A stretch of 64,000 bases of DNA from an uncultured delta proteobacterium (GCA_963782055.1 CAWAIF010000003.1:5728001-5792000); one strand, 5' to 3'; shown: positions 1 to 23,000, counted from the first letter of the stretch. Program-made: numbers and translations. The notes: generated by a model not told the origin, from the sequence alone.

Positions 1-1235
<1,235 letters not shown>

Positions 1236-1304
1236 CGGTGCCCCATCGGGACGCCGCGCCTCTCGGTTTCGCGACTTCGCGGCGAGCTGCCGCATTCGCC
1301 GGGG

Positions 1305-2820
1305 GTCTCTGCTTAGCGGCCGGAAGACGGCCCGCGGCCCGGGCGTGACGTCGACCGTCGGAGGACTCGCCGGCTAGTGGGCAAAGACAGACGGAGGCGG
1401 CTTGCCGTGGAGGTGACTTTCGTACAGCCCGATGACGAAGCCCCGAAGCGGGAGCCGGCACTTGCGCCGCGTCTGCGTGATGCTCATCCAGTGCGCCAGG
1501 GTGGCGCTGCCGGCGGCCGAGCGCGTGCCGCCGGTCATCGCGCGGTGCCGCCCGTGGGCGCGGATGTCGCGTTCGGTCGCGTTGTTCGTGGCCGGGACGT
1601 CGGGGCGGTCGATGAAGAGCGTCACCCCCACCTTGTGCTCGTCGAGGCGCTCCTGCAGCCGGACGATGTCCGGGAACTCCACGAAGTTGGTGCTGCTGAT
1701 GAGATGGCCGAGGCGGATGCGCGCGCCTCGGCGCTGCTCGGGATCGCCGCTCGCCGCGGCGTGCTTGCCCGCGACGTAGAAGCCGATGAGTCGGTCGCGG
1801 AACTCCTCGGTCGCGGCGCACGGGGTGAGCTCGGCGATCTTCTTCGCCTCGCGGATGGTGTGCGCACCGCAGTAGGCGTGGGTCCAGCCGTCGTGACTCG
1901 TGTACACGCCGTAGAAGTCGGTGCACAGGACTCCTTTGAAGCTCGCGCCGAGCATCGACTCGGCGACCCACGCGCCGCGCGACAGCTCGGCGCGGAAGAC
2001 CGAGACGCGGTCGGTGCGCATCAGCCACATCCAACCCGGCACGCCGTCCTGTCGATGGCCGCTCTCGTCGAGGCCCGCCACGGGCGATGCGCGCACCGCG
2101 TCGACCAGCTCGTCGTAGCTCGGCGCCGAGCGGCGTCGCAATCGGTCGAACATCTGCGCCAGGCCGCCGGTCGTGATCGAGATGCCGAGCCACTGTCCGA
2201 GGAACGCACTGATCTTGCCCAGCGGCATGTCGCGCTCGAAGCGCAGGTCCAGCGCCATCGCCTGCACGTTGGGGCCGAACGACACCGCGGCGACGCTCTT
2301 GCCCGCGGCCGGCGCGCCCGGCAGCTTCGCGACCACGCGCTTGTGGCACACCTCGCAGCTGCCGACGTGCGCCACGTGATGCGTCTGCCGCGGCTGCACC
2401 ACTGGGATGTCGGTGACGACTGTGCTGTCCGTCTCGCCCGTCGCCACGACTGCCCCGCCACAGCTGCACGTCGCCGGCATCTCGTGCACGACTTCGTCGT
2501 CGACGTGGGCCGGTGCGGCGGGCCGCGATCCGACATGGCCCGCCTTGCGGCCGCGTGGCTTGCCCGAGGCCGCCCGCCGACCCTCGGAACGCGACGTCCG
2601 CCGCTTCCCGCGCTCGCGGAACCCCCGCTTCCACTCCTCGATCTCCTTGCGCAGCTTCGCCAGCTCCTCGCGAAGCGCGGCGTTCTCCTGCTCCAGCTCC
2701 TGGATCCGCTGCTCGGGCGTCACGTGATCCGGGATGCTCCCGATCAGGCCCCATGGAAAGAACTTCTCGCATCAGGAACGAAGAATGGACCCACAGTGTG
2801 CGACACCGCTAAGCAGACAC
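1305..2820 (-). mobile_element. Complete IS66-family insertion sequence, single-ORF (ISBst12-like) organisation, 1,516 bp
   Basis: Left TIR GTCTCTGCTTAGCGG (1305-1319) matches the reverse complement of CCGCTAAGCAGACAC (2806-2820) at 14/15 positions. An identical 8-bp direct repeat CGCCGGGG flanks both ends (1297-1304 and 2821-2828). The element encloses one transposase ORF. Confidence 0.93.
1374..2723 (-). CDS. tnpC: IS66 family transposase (TnpC-type DDE), 449 aa
   Basis: N-terminal coiled coil, zinc-finger CSCGG...CEVC, LDESG, CTDFYGVY, CGAHTIRE and the PATNNATERDIR signature. Confidence 0.93.
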   Translation of the reverse strand: MTPEQRIQELEQENAALREELAKLRKEIEEWKRGFRERGKRRTSRSEGRRAASGKPRGRKAGHVGSRPAAPAHVDDEVVHEMPATCSCGGAVVATGETDSTVVTDIPVVQPRQTHHVAHVGSCEVCHKRVVAKLPGAPAAGKSVAAVSFGPNVQAMALDLRFERDMPLGKISAFLGQWLGISITTGGLAQMFDRLRRRSAPSYDELVDAVRASPVAGLDESGHRQDGVPGWMWLMRTDRVSVFRAELSRGAWVAESMLGASFKGVLCTDFYGVYTSHDGWTHAYCGAHTIREAKKIAELTPCAATEEFRDRLIGFYVAGKHAAASGDPEQRRGARIRLGHLISSTNFVEFPDIVRLQERLDEHKVGVTLFIDRPDVPATNNATERDIRAHGRHRAMTGGTRSAAGSATLAHWMSITQTRRKCRLPLRGFVIGLYESHLHGKPPPSVFAH

Positions 2821-2883
2821 CGCCGGGGGGCCCGGCGGATCGTCAGCATGCTCGCGATCGGGCGGTCGACCCGGCGGTCGCCG

Positions 2884-14349
<11,466 letters not shown>

Positions 14350-14619
14350 CCCGCCCCTCGATTCCGCTTCGGTTCCGCACTGTTGGCGAGGCGAATGATG
14401 CGGCCGAGCGGGCTGGCCCTCGCCGGTGCGTGCTGAGTGCCAACGGTATCAGACCGAGCTTCCTGTGGGAGCCCGATCTTGCGTCGCGCGCGTGCGCGTG
14501 ATGCGTGCAGTTTCGACCATGAAGAGGCCGAAACGACTTGACAAGTCGGTCGCGTTCTCAGCCCGAGCCGCGGGCCCGAGCTCAAGCAGCCATCCGAGGC
14601 GCGAGCCGCCGGCGCAGGG

Positions 14620-15546
14620 TCACGGAGCGGCAGAGCTGCCGAGGTCCTTGATCATTTCCTGCGCCTGCGCGCACTCGTCGGCGAAGCGAGCCGCGGCCCC
14701 GCCACGGCACGTCATCTTCTGGAAAGACAGGAGGTTCGAGTTGGCCTCGCTGCGACGCGGCGGCTTGGCCCTCGCATAAGCGGCGCCCAGGTTGAAGTAG
14801 GCGATCTGTTCGCCCTTCTCGTTGCACTTCCCGCACGCCTTCTTGGCGGCCTGGTACTCGGAGATGGCGCCGGAGTTGTCGCCCTTGCGCTCGTGCACCA
14901 GGCCGTAGAGCGTGTGGATGCCGTAGCCCTCCTTGCCGCCCTTGTCGAAGGTGCTCGCTTCCTTGAGGACCTGCTCGGCCTGATCGAGGAACTGGAGGCG
15001 GATGTACAGGTCGGCCAGCGGCACGTAGAAGGAGAGCTCGTCGGGCTTCAGCTCGATGGCCTTCGTCCACTCCTGCAGGGCGCCCTTCTCGTCGTCCAGG
15101 TGCAGGTTGACGTTGCCGAGCTCGTAGTGCGGGTCGGCGAAGTTGGGATCCAGCTTCGCCGCCTGCTCGAGCGGGTCCTTCGCCTCGGCCCAGTTGGTCG
15201 GCCCCTTCACCGCCATCTGCTCGAGCGCATAGCCCTTGAGGAAGAAGTAGTCGGCGTGATCGGGCGCGAGCTTGGTCGTCGGTCCGAGCGTCTCGTTGAC
15301 CTTCTCCCAGTTTTCCTTCTTCTGGTACGCCGTCGCGAGCTTCCACTGGATGCGGTAGTTGGACGGGTCGAGCTGCTTCGCCTGCTCGTACTTGGAGATG
15401 GCGTCGTCGACGTTCGCGCCTCGCGCCTTGTCACCCTCGTTGGAGAGGTTGACGGCGTCGATGTTGTTGCGGCTGCACGCGGCGAGCGCGCTGAGCATGC
15501 AAACGGCGCCGAACGTTGCGGCCACACACCTGATCGATCTCGTCAT
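14620..15546 (-). CDS. TPR-repeat lipoprotein, 308 aa
   Basis: ATG 15546 gives MTRSIRCVAATFGAVCMLSALAAC, with lipobox LAAC. Multiple TPRs follow (AISKYEQAKQLDP, LEQAAKLDPNFADPHYELG, KAIELKPDE). Confidence 0.85.
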   Translation of the reverse strand: MTRSIRCVAATFGAVCMLSALAACSRNNIDAVNLSNEGDKARGANVDDAISKYEQAKQLDPSNYRIQWKLATAYQKKENWEKVNETLGPTTKLAPDHADYFFLKGYALEQMAVKGPTNWAEAKDPLEQAAKLDPNFADPHYELGNVNLHLDDEKGALQEWTKAIELKPDELSFYVPLADLYIRLQFLDQAEQVLKEASTFDKGGKEGYGIHTLYGLVHERKGDNSGAISEYQAAKKACGKCNEKGEQIAYFNLGAAYARAKPPRRSEANSNLLSFQKMTCRGGAAARFADECAQAQEMIKDLGSSAAP

Positions 15547-15641
15547 GGTCGTCCTCGTAGCGAGCTTGCTGCCCGCGGAGTCTATGAGAACGCAGGCAAT
15601 TAAGTAAACACCGGAAGCAACCTCGACCGCGCGCGGCGACA

Positions 15642-15683
15642 AAATTGGCTCGAGGGTGAGACGGCTGGCGCCTCACCCTCGAG
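15642..15683 (-). terminator. Intrinsic terminator-like hairpin after gltG
   Basis: CTCGAGGGTGAG (15649-15660) and CTCACCCTCGAG (15672-15683) form a perfect 12-bp stem, extendable to 15 bp. It is followed on the minus strand by CCAATTTT. Confidence 0.65.
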
Positions 15684-15704
15684 TGGGTCACGAGGGGATC
15701 CCGG

Positions 15705-17841
15705 TCAATCGCCCGGGGTGAAGGTGATCGGGTAGACGACGGTGACGATGCCACCCTCCGGCTGCGGAAACGAGAGGTTGCCGAAGCCGCGGACGACGCA
15801 CGAGACGACCGCCGTATCCGGCAAGTCCGACCCGCCGTCCTGCGCTGTCTGCACGCTGCCGTCACGGCCGATGACGAACTTCACCGCGACGCGCCCCGTC
15901 AGCGACGGGTTGTTGCGCAGACCGTTCTCGTAGCAGAGGCGGAAGCGGCCGAAGTTCTGACGAACGATGCGCTGGATGACCTCCGGCGGCAGGCGGCCGT
16001 TGACGGTGGTCGCACCCTGACGCAGGCGCGGCGAGCGCGTCTTGTGGGCGCCGCCGAGACGGCCGTGGCCGTTGCCGAAGCCCTGCCCGGTGCCGGTGCC
16101 GGCGCCGTGACCGATGGTGCCGATGTTGCCGAGGCCGATGCCCTCGCCGCGACCGCCGCCGCCCTCGCCGACGCCGGAGAGGCCGAGACCGCCGGCGCCG
16201 AAGGAGTCGCCGATGGCGTCACCCCACATGTTGCCGCGCGCGCTCATCGGGTCGTTGCCGAGCGAGTCGTCGCGACCCCACGGGGCAGTCGGCGCGTTGG
16301 GGTCCGCGCCGGCAGCCGTGTTGAGCAGACCGATCATGCCGAACTCGGCGGCCTCGCGCAGGGCGGCCTGACGGGCGATGTGCGGGTCCTGGTTGTCCTG
16401 CGGACCCTGCACGCCGAAGCGCATGCCCGTCTTGTTGGTGTTGGGGTTGCCCATCGAGCCCTCTTCGCCCTTGGCGCGAGTGCCGGTGCCACCCTCCTTG
16501 TTGTCCGCGTTGTCATCCACCTGCGGGGTGTCCTGCTGCTCCTGCTCGCGCTCGGCGGCGGCGTTGAGCAGGTGCTGCATCTTGAGGATCTGGTCGCGGT
16601 CGATCGCCTCGCTGTCGTCGCCCATCATGCTCGGCATGAAGAAGGCGAGGGACGCGAGGATGCCGACGTGCAGCAGGAAGGAGAGGCCGCTGTAGAGGTA
16701 GGCGGCCGGCTCGAAGCTGGCGAAGGCGCCGGTGGGAGGCGACTTGCCGGCGTTGCCCGCGGTGACCTGGAAGGCGATGCCGGTGGGCAGCTCCATCCGC
16801 GCCTTGGCCCCGGGCGGCAGCGAGAACTCGTGCGCGCCGCTCAGCTCTCCGGAGGGACGCGCGCGGCCGCCGGCGACGAGGTCGGCGAGCGTGGTGCGGC
16901 CCTGGCCGGGGATGTCGACCCAGCCGGTGGAGCGCGGGAGGATGACGAGGGAACCCGACATGCTCACCACCGGGGCGCGCGTCGTGCCGAGCACCTCGCT
17001 CGGGACGAAGTAGTCGCAGGGGACCGCCGACTCCTCGCCGACGTAGAAGGCCTTGCCCACGCTCAGGTGCTGGACGAAGAGCACGTTGGTGTCCCACATG
17101 ACCATGACCTCGGTCGTGGCCAGGTGCGGCACCTCGACCTCGTCCGGGTTCACGTCGGGGCCGCTCTTGATGAGCTGGTAGGTGTAGCTGCCGGGGGGCG
17201 CGTTCGGATCGACGTCGGTGGCCGGCATCGAGGCCGCGGCGGCCGCGCCGGCGAACGGGTTGGCGCTCGCGAACGGATTGGCGGGAGCCGCCGCGCCGGC
17301 GAACGGATTGGCGCTCGCGAAGGGGTTGGCCGCGGCGGGCGGCGCGGCGGAGGCGGCGAAGGGGTTCGGCGAAGCCGCTGCGCCCATGTCCGGCGGGGGC
17401 GCGGCCGCAGGGGGCACGCCCATGTCCGGCGGAGGCGCGGCGACGGCGGCGGCGGCCATCATCTCCGCGGGGGGGCCACCGACGGCGGCCGCGGCAGGCG
17501 CGGGCTCGCCCATGCCGGCCTCGGCCGGAACGGCTTGCTCCAGCGCGATGGTGGTGGAGCCGATCTGGATCTCGATCGCCCGGACGGATCTTGCACTTGT
17601 TGACGCGCTGCCCGTTGACCAGCGTGCCCGGCTCGTTGCCCAGGTCGATGAGGGTGATGTCCTCCGTCCCGGCCACCTCGATCACGGCGTGCATGCGCGA
17701 CGCGAGCTCATCGTCCACGCGCAGGTGGCTGCGCGGGTCCTTGCCCACCTTCACGATGTCCTGCGCGATCGTCTCGCGGCGAACGAGCTCGCCGTTCTGG
17801 TAGAGCGCAAACGTGAGCGCGACCTTCGCCTTGCCTTCCAT
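15705..17841 (-). pseudogene. gltG: GltG/PglI (FHA + TM + TonB_C/AgmX-PglI C-terminal domain), interrupted by a +1 frameshift at ~17574; ~711 aa if corrected (real lesion or sequencing error)
   Basis: The ORF starting at 17841 encodes the FHA domain up to ..VNKCKIRPGD. Removing one base at 17574/17575 continues in the 15705..17513 frame as EIQIGSTTIALEQAVPAEAGMGEP. That frame carries a TM with an SxxxH motif (SFLLHVG) and the C-terminal LPPEVIQRIVRQNFGRFRLCYE...FPQPEGGIVTVVYPITF. Confidence 0.88.
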
Positions 17842-17964
17842 CGTTGACCTTCCAACCCTCGCGGCGACGTTGCCGCGTGCGTCCCAAAAACGTTGAATCT
17901 ACAAACATCGGCGCAGCGTGGGCCCGCGCATCATGGTGGGGGCGCCCCGCGCGCCCCGCGTGTG

Positions 17965-18237
17965 TCAGAGGTTCTCGACGGACTTGAGCATCTCGGGGAC
18001 GAAGGAGGTACGAGGACGGATCAGCGTGGTGCGCACCGGGCCGGGACGGACGCGAATGGTCGCGTCGTTCGGTCCGAAGCCGCCCGCGCTGAGCGGATCG
18101 TCGGAGAACTCGTAACCGTAGCCTTCCTTGGTGTCGGTCGCTTTGGTGCCGTCATCCTGAGCAAACGCCGAGGAAACGACGAGCATCATCGAGGCCGCCG
18201 CGAGAATCGAAACCACGAACTTTCCTGCACGCTTCAT
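17965..18237 (-). CDS. gltF: Gliding motility protein GltF/CglF-like, 90 aa
   Basis: Signal peptide (SSAFA-Q), YEFSDDPL and the C-terminal TLIRPRTSFVPEMLKSVENL typical of GltF. Lies between gltE and gltG. Confidence 0.85.
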   Translation of the reverse strand: MKRAGKFVVSILAAASMMLVVSSAFAQDDGTKATDTKEGYGYEFSDDPLSAGGFGPNDATIRVRPGPVRTTLIRPRTSFVPEMLKSVENL

Positions 18238-18302
18238 GCTTCACTCCGCCTGGCAAACGCTTCCGAAGGGCTTCGGAAGGCGGGAGACCCAGTTACAGTG
18301 AG

Positions 18303-18331
18303 AGTGTACCGACGGGTAAGTACCCCGTCAA
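18303..18331 (-). promoter_or_regulatory. Sigma70/SigA-type internal promoter for gltF-gltG
   Basis: Minus strand TTGACG-17 nt-TACACT, about 65 nt upstream of the gltF ATG. Confidence 0.65.
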
Positions 18332-18522
18332 CCCGAGAGTTTTCACAAGAAGAGAACCCGAAGAGCCCGTCTTTGACGGGCGCGAACGTAGGAAAGCGGT
18401 GCTCGTCCCAACCAGGACGCCCAGGCGCAGCGGGCTGCGCACGGGGACCGGCGTGCACTGGAATGGACACGCCGGGGTCGAGAAGGTTCCCGAACCCGGC
18501 TGGTCCATCCCCGGTGCAAAGC

Positions 18523-20013
18523 TCACTTCTTCGGCGTGGCGGGCTGCGCCGGCGCCGGCGTGCCCGTGGCGCCCGCCGCGGGGGGCGGGGTCGCGCCACC
18601 GGCGGGCGGCGGCGTCTTGTTGTCCTTCGCCGGAGGCGGCGTCTCGGGAGCGAGATTGGGCGTCTCGAGGAAGGTGATGGTGTCGTTGGCGTCCTGGATG
18701 CGGTCCTTCGCCTGCTTGACCGCGCCCTTGTACTCGGGCTTGTCCCCCGCCTTGGCGACGAACTCGTTCAGGATGGAGATGGCCTGCTTGAGCGCGGCCA
18801 CGGCCTTGTCCTTGTTGCCGCCGGACTTGGCCTTGTATTCCTGCGTGAGGATGCCCTCGTTGTAGTAGGCGTCCGGGCGGGCCGGGTCGATCTTCTTGCA
18901 GGCGTCGAGCTGCGACTGCACCGCGGCGACCTGCTGATCGTAGTTGGCGTCGTTGATCTGACCGCGGAGCGCGAGGGCGAGGCCGAGGTGCGCGTCGTAG
19001 TCGTTCTGGTGGGCGGGCAGCTTGAGCGCCCGCTCGTACGCGCCCTGCGCTTGCTGGAACCCGCGGAAGGACAGGTTGACCGCCGCGTAGTTCATCTGCG
19101 CCTCGAAGAAGTCCGGGTCGAGGCGCGCGGCGGTCGCGAACTCGGCGACCGCGCCGTTGATCGAGCCGAGCTCGTTCTGGATGAGGCCCGCGGTGTTGTG
19201 GATGGGGGCGTAGTTGGGGTTCTTGCGGATGGCCTGCGAGCACACCAGCGCCGCGAGCTCGAGCTGCTGCACGTCGGCGTGCTTGTGCGTCGACGCGTTG
19301 GTCGCGATGCTGCGGCCACCGCGCCTGGTGATCTCACCGGCGCGCGCCTTCGCCTGCTGGAAGTAGAAGAGCGCGAGCTGGTTGAACGCCGGCATGTAGC
19401 TGTCGTCGATGGCGAGGGCGCGCTGCAGGTTCTTCTTCGCGCACTCCTCGTCGTCCTTGCAGTCGGTGCCGCCGGTCTTGCTGCCGCGCTGCATCTGCAG
19501 CATGGCGAGGTTCACCAGCGCCGCGACGTTGTGGAACTGGGCGTCGAGGACGGCCTGCTGGAGCGCCTGGATGGCGACGTCGATGTTCCCGTCCGCCTTG
19601 TACTGGTAGAGGGCGAGCTGCACGCGGGCGTGGTGGAACTTCGGGTCGTCGGAGAGCGCCTTCTTGAAGTGATCGAGCGCCTTGTCGGACATGTGGCAGC
19701 GCTGGTAGGCGAGCCCCGCGTCGAAGGTGGCGGACGGGAACTTGCCCTGCGAGGAGGCCGCGTCGTCGAACATCTTGGCGACCTGCGTACAGGTGCCGGT
19801 GTTCCACCTGGGCGGGCTCGCCGTGTCGTTGGCGATGAAGGCGTCCAGCGCGGACTTGAACTGCTTCGCCGCCGTCGCGCTGACCTTCTCGCCGGTGGAG
19901 GTGTGGGGGCCGGAGCCGCCACCGTGCGGCGTGGCGGCGCCGGGGCCGCCGCCGCCGCACCCGAAGGCGAAGGCGACGAGTCCTGCGAGGAAAACGGTGC
20001 TGATCTTGCTCAT
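18523..20013 (-). CDS. gltE: TPR lipoprotein GltE/AglT, 496 aa
   Basis: True start is ATG 20013 with RBS GGAG: MSKISTVFLAGLVAFAFGC, a lipobox. TPR repeats follow. Lies immediately downstream of gltD. Confidence 0.82.
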   Translation of the reverse strand: MSKISTVFLAGLVAFAFGCGGGGPGAATPHGGGSGPHTSTGEKVSATAAKQFKSALDAFIANDTASPPRWNTGTCTQVAKMFDDAASSQGKFPSATFDAGLAYQRCHMSDKALDHFKKALSDDPKFHHARVQLALYQYKADGNIDVAIQALQQAVLDAQFHNVAALVNLAMLQMQRGSKTGGTDCKDDEECAKKNLQRALAIDDSYMPAFNQLALFYFQQAKARAGEITRRGGRSIATNASTHKHADVQQLELAALVCSQAIRKNPNYAPIHNTAGLIQNELGSINGAVAEFATAARLDPDFFEAQMNYAAVNLSFRGFQQAQGAYERALKLPAHQNDYDAHLGLALALRGQINDANYDQQVAAVQSQLDACKKIDPARPDAYYNEGILTQEYKAKSGGNKDKAVAALKQAISILNEFVAKAGDKPEYKGAVKQAKDRIQDANDTITFLETPNLAPETPPPAKDNKTPPPAGGATPPPAAGATGTPAPAQPATPKK

Positions 20014-20024
20014 CGTTCGGCTCC

Positions 20025-23000
20025 TCACTTCTTCGCGCCCTTGGACTTGGACTTGTCGTCCTTCTTGTCGTCCTTCTTGGCGGGCGCGGCGTCCGCCGTG
20101 GGGGCGGGGTGCCAGACCTCGCCGCCCATGGTGAGCGGCGGGGGCTTGTCGTCGAGACCGCTGTTGGAGAGCGTCGGCGCGCCGCGCAGCTCGTCGACGA
20201 CGTGGTACTCGGCCTTGTAGTTCTTCGCGAGCCAGACCTCGCAGGCGCGGGAGAACGAGTCGAAGTACTGGTACTTCACCGAGTAGTTCAGGCAGGTCAC
20301 GAGCGCGGGCTTCGCGCGCTGCACCTTGATGGGCTCGCTCGCGCCGTCCAGGCTGTCGAAGTAGTTGCGCTTGAGATCCGCCCAGGCAAGCGAGCCGGCG
20401 GTGCCGGGCACGAAGCCCTTCTTGTCCCAGTCCTTCGGGTACGGGGCGCGACGGAAGTCGTCCACGTAGTTGCCCCAGAGGAGGCCGACGCGGGAGCCGG
20501 CGGCGATGACCCACTTCGGCGGGGGCTCGGGCTGGAGGTCGACGATCTTCTTGTACTCGGCCTCGACCTTCTTGATCGCCTCTTCCTTCTTCTTCATCCA
20601 CGCCTTGACCTTGGTGTTCACGTGCTTGAGGACGTCGTCCTTCTTGCCGGACCCGTGGTACTCGGGGAATTTGATGGTATCGACCGTCTTGCGCTTCTGC
20701 TCGTCGGCCGCATAGAAGATGGCCTCGCCGACGGCGTTGAGGGCCTTGCCGAGGCGCTTGGCCTTCTGGCCCTGGTCCTCGTCGGGGTAGGCGTCGTTCA
20801 GCTTCTTGACCGCCGCCGCGGGATCCTTCCAGAGGGAGCGGACCTTGGCGTACTCGGAGTCGGCGCCGGTCTTGCCCTTGAGGTGGGAGTAGGCGCGGCC
20901 GAGCGTGGCGTGGGCTTGCACCTGCACGTCGATGCCGGCGCGGCCGATGAGGCCCATCGCGCCCTTGAGGGCCTTCTGGGTGGCGTTCCAGTCTTCCTTG
21001 TCGGCGTAGTGCGCGCCGATGGCGAAGGCGATGGAGGCCGCCACCTTCGGCTTGGCGTGCCCGTAGCTGTGCTGGAAGAGCGTGGCGTCGTCGATCGCCT
21101 TCTGCTCGTCGCCGAGGCCGAGGCGCAGGAGGACGGCGTCGGAGAGGGCCTCGTCGGCGTGCTCACCGTGCTTGTCTTCCTTGGCGTAGCGCTCGTACCA
21201 GTCGGCCGCCTGGTCGTAGACGGCGATGGCCTGGTAGTTCCCGCCGATCTCGTAGACCGCCTTCTTGGCGAGCGGACTCTTGTCCATCTTGTTGGCGGGG
21301 TTGAGCAGGATCATGCGGGCGGCGATGGCCTTCGCGATGAGGCGGCCCGCCTGGAACGCCTTGGCGGCGTTGTAGACGAGCTCGTCGCACTTCTCCGCCT
21401 TCGGCGCCTCGCCGTTGCGGATGGGGGTCTCGCAGTACTTGCGATAGACCTCGAGGTAAGCGCTTCCGGCCTGCTGGTAGTTCTGCAGGGCCTCGGTGCC
21501 GCCCTGCTTGTCGGCGATCTCGACGAGCTTCTGCGCCTTGAGGCGGAGGATGTCCGTCTGGATCTTGGTGAGGATGCCGCACTGCTCCTCGTTCTTCTTC
21601 GCCTTGTCCGCCGAGCAGTACAGCTCGAGGAACTTCGGCACGTCCTTCGACATGTCGTCGTAGCAGGACGGCCTGGCAGGGCTGCCGTGCGCGCCGAGGA
21701 CGTTGATGCTCTCGAGGTAGAGCTGCGCGGCGTAGATGCCGACGTCCTTGTCGGCGTTGTTCATCGCGATGTCGCGGAAGGCGAACGCCGACTCTTCCCA
21801 GTGCTGCGCCTCGAAGTAGGTGCGGGCGCGGGCGTACTTGACCTCGACGAGCTGGTCCTGCCCCGTGCTGTCCTGCGGACCGGGGTGGATGTAGCAAATG
21901 TAGCGGTTGAAGGCCGAGATCATGCCCTTCTGCTGGGCGGTGAAGTCCTTGGGCTTCAGCTTGGTGTCCTCGTCCTCCTTGGCCTTCTTCTTCTTGTCCT
22001 TGTCCTGGCCGGGGAGGTTGCCGCTACCCTTGCGCTCCGAGCCCTTGGGGTGCTCGGCCTCGTAGATGTTCTGGTAGCAGAGCACCGAGGCGTAGGCGGC
22101 CTCGGCGGCCTCCGGCGCCTGCGGGTTCTCCGCGACGACCGCGTCGAACGCGGGACCGCAGTCCGCCCACCGCTTCTGGAAGTAGAGCAGGTCGGCCATC
22201 GCGTACTTGACCTTGTAGATGGTCGGCCAGTCCGCCTTGACGATGCGCGGGAAGGTGAACTTGGAGTAGTCGGCGGCGGTCCACGTATCGACGACGCGCT
22301 TGTACAGGTACGCGGCGAGCGTCATCGTCTTCATGTCGCCGGTGCCGCGCTGCCCCTGCGAGCCGACGGCCTCGAGGTGCCACGCCATCGCCGTCTCGGT
22401 CACGAGAGCGGCGGTCTTGTTGGAGCACGCCTCCACCGACTTGGGCGAGTGCTTGCCGTCCTTGAACGCCTTGTAGGCCTTGATCTGGTTGTCCAGCTCC
22501 TGCTTGATGCTGTCCTTGTTGCCGGACTTCATCGCGAGGGTGGCCTCCGTGATGTGCGCCTGGTACTCGCAGGCCTTGTCGCTCCCGTGGTCGCGGACGA
22601 GCAGGTCCTTGTAGAGGGTGACCGCCTCCGGGTAGTGGCCGGTGTCCAGGTAGTTCTGGCCGAGATCGTCCATCATCTTGAACGTCTTGCCGTTGGATCC
22701 CTTCGCGTCACCCGAGATGTTGCGGAAGAAGTTGTACGCCTGCCCGGGGTCGCCCTTGAGGGCGTAGACCGGGATGACGTCGCGGCGCGCGCTGTCGGCG
22801 AGCTTCGCCGCGCCGGGGTACTGCGTGTAGTTCGTGCCGAAGTCGATCGTGTGCTTGAACGCGTTGAGCGCCTTGTCGAAATCGCCCTTGTTCCAGAACA
22901 CGTACGCCAGCTTGTACCAGGCGTACCCGTAGACCTTGCTCTTCTCCGGCGGGAACTTGATGACCTCCGCGTAGGCCTGGGCGGCCAGGTCCCACTTGGA

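Noticed and set aside
16513..17573. C-terminal ~350 aa of the 442-aa ORF 16513..17841
   Set aside because: Arg/Gly-rich out-of-frame read-through after the gltG frameshift.
17560..17590. Programmed ribosomal frameshift in gltG
   Set aside because: No slippery heptamer, homopolymer or simple-sequence repeat at the site; a 1-nt insertion or error is simpler.
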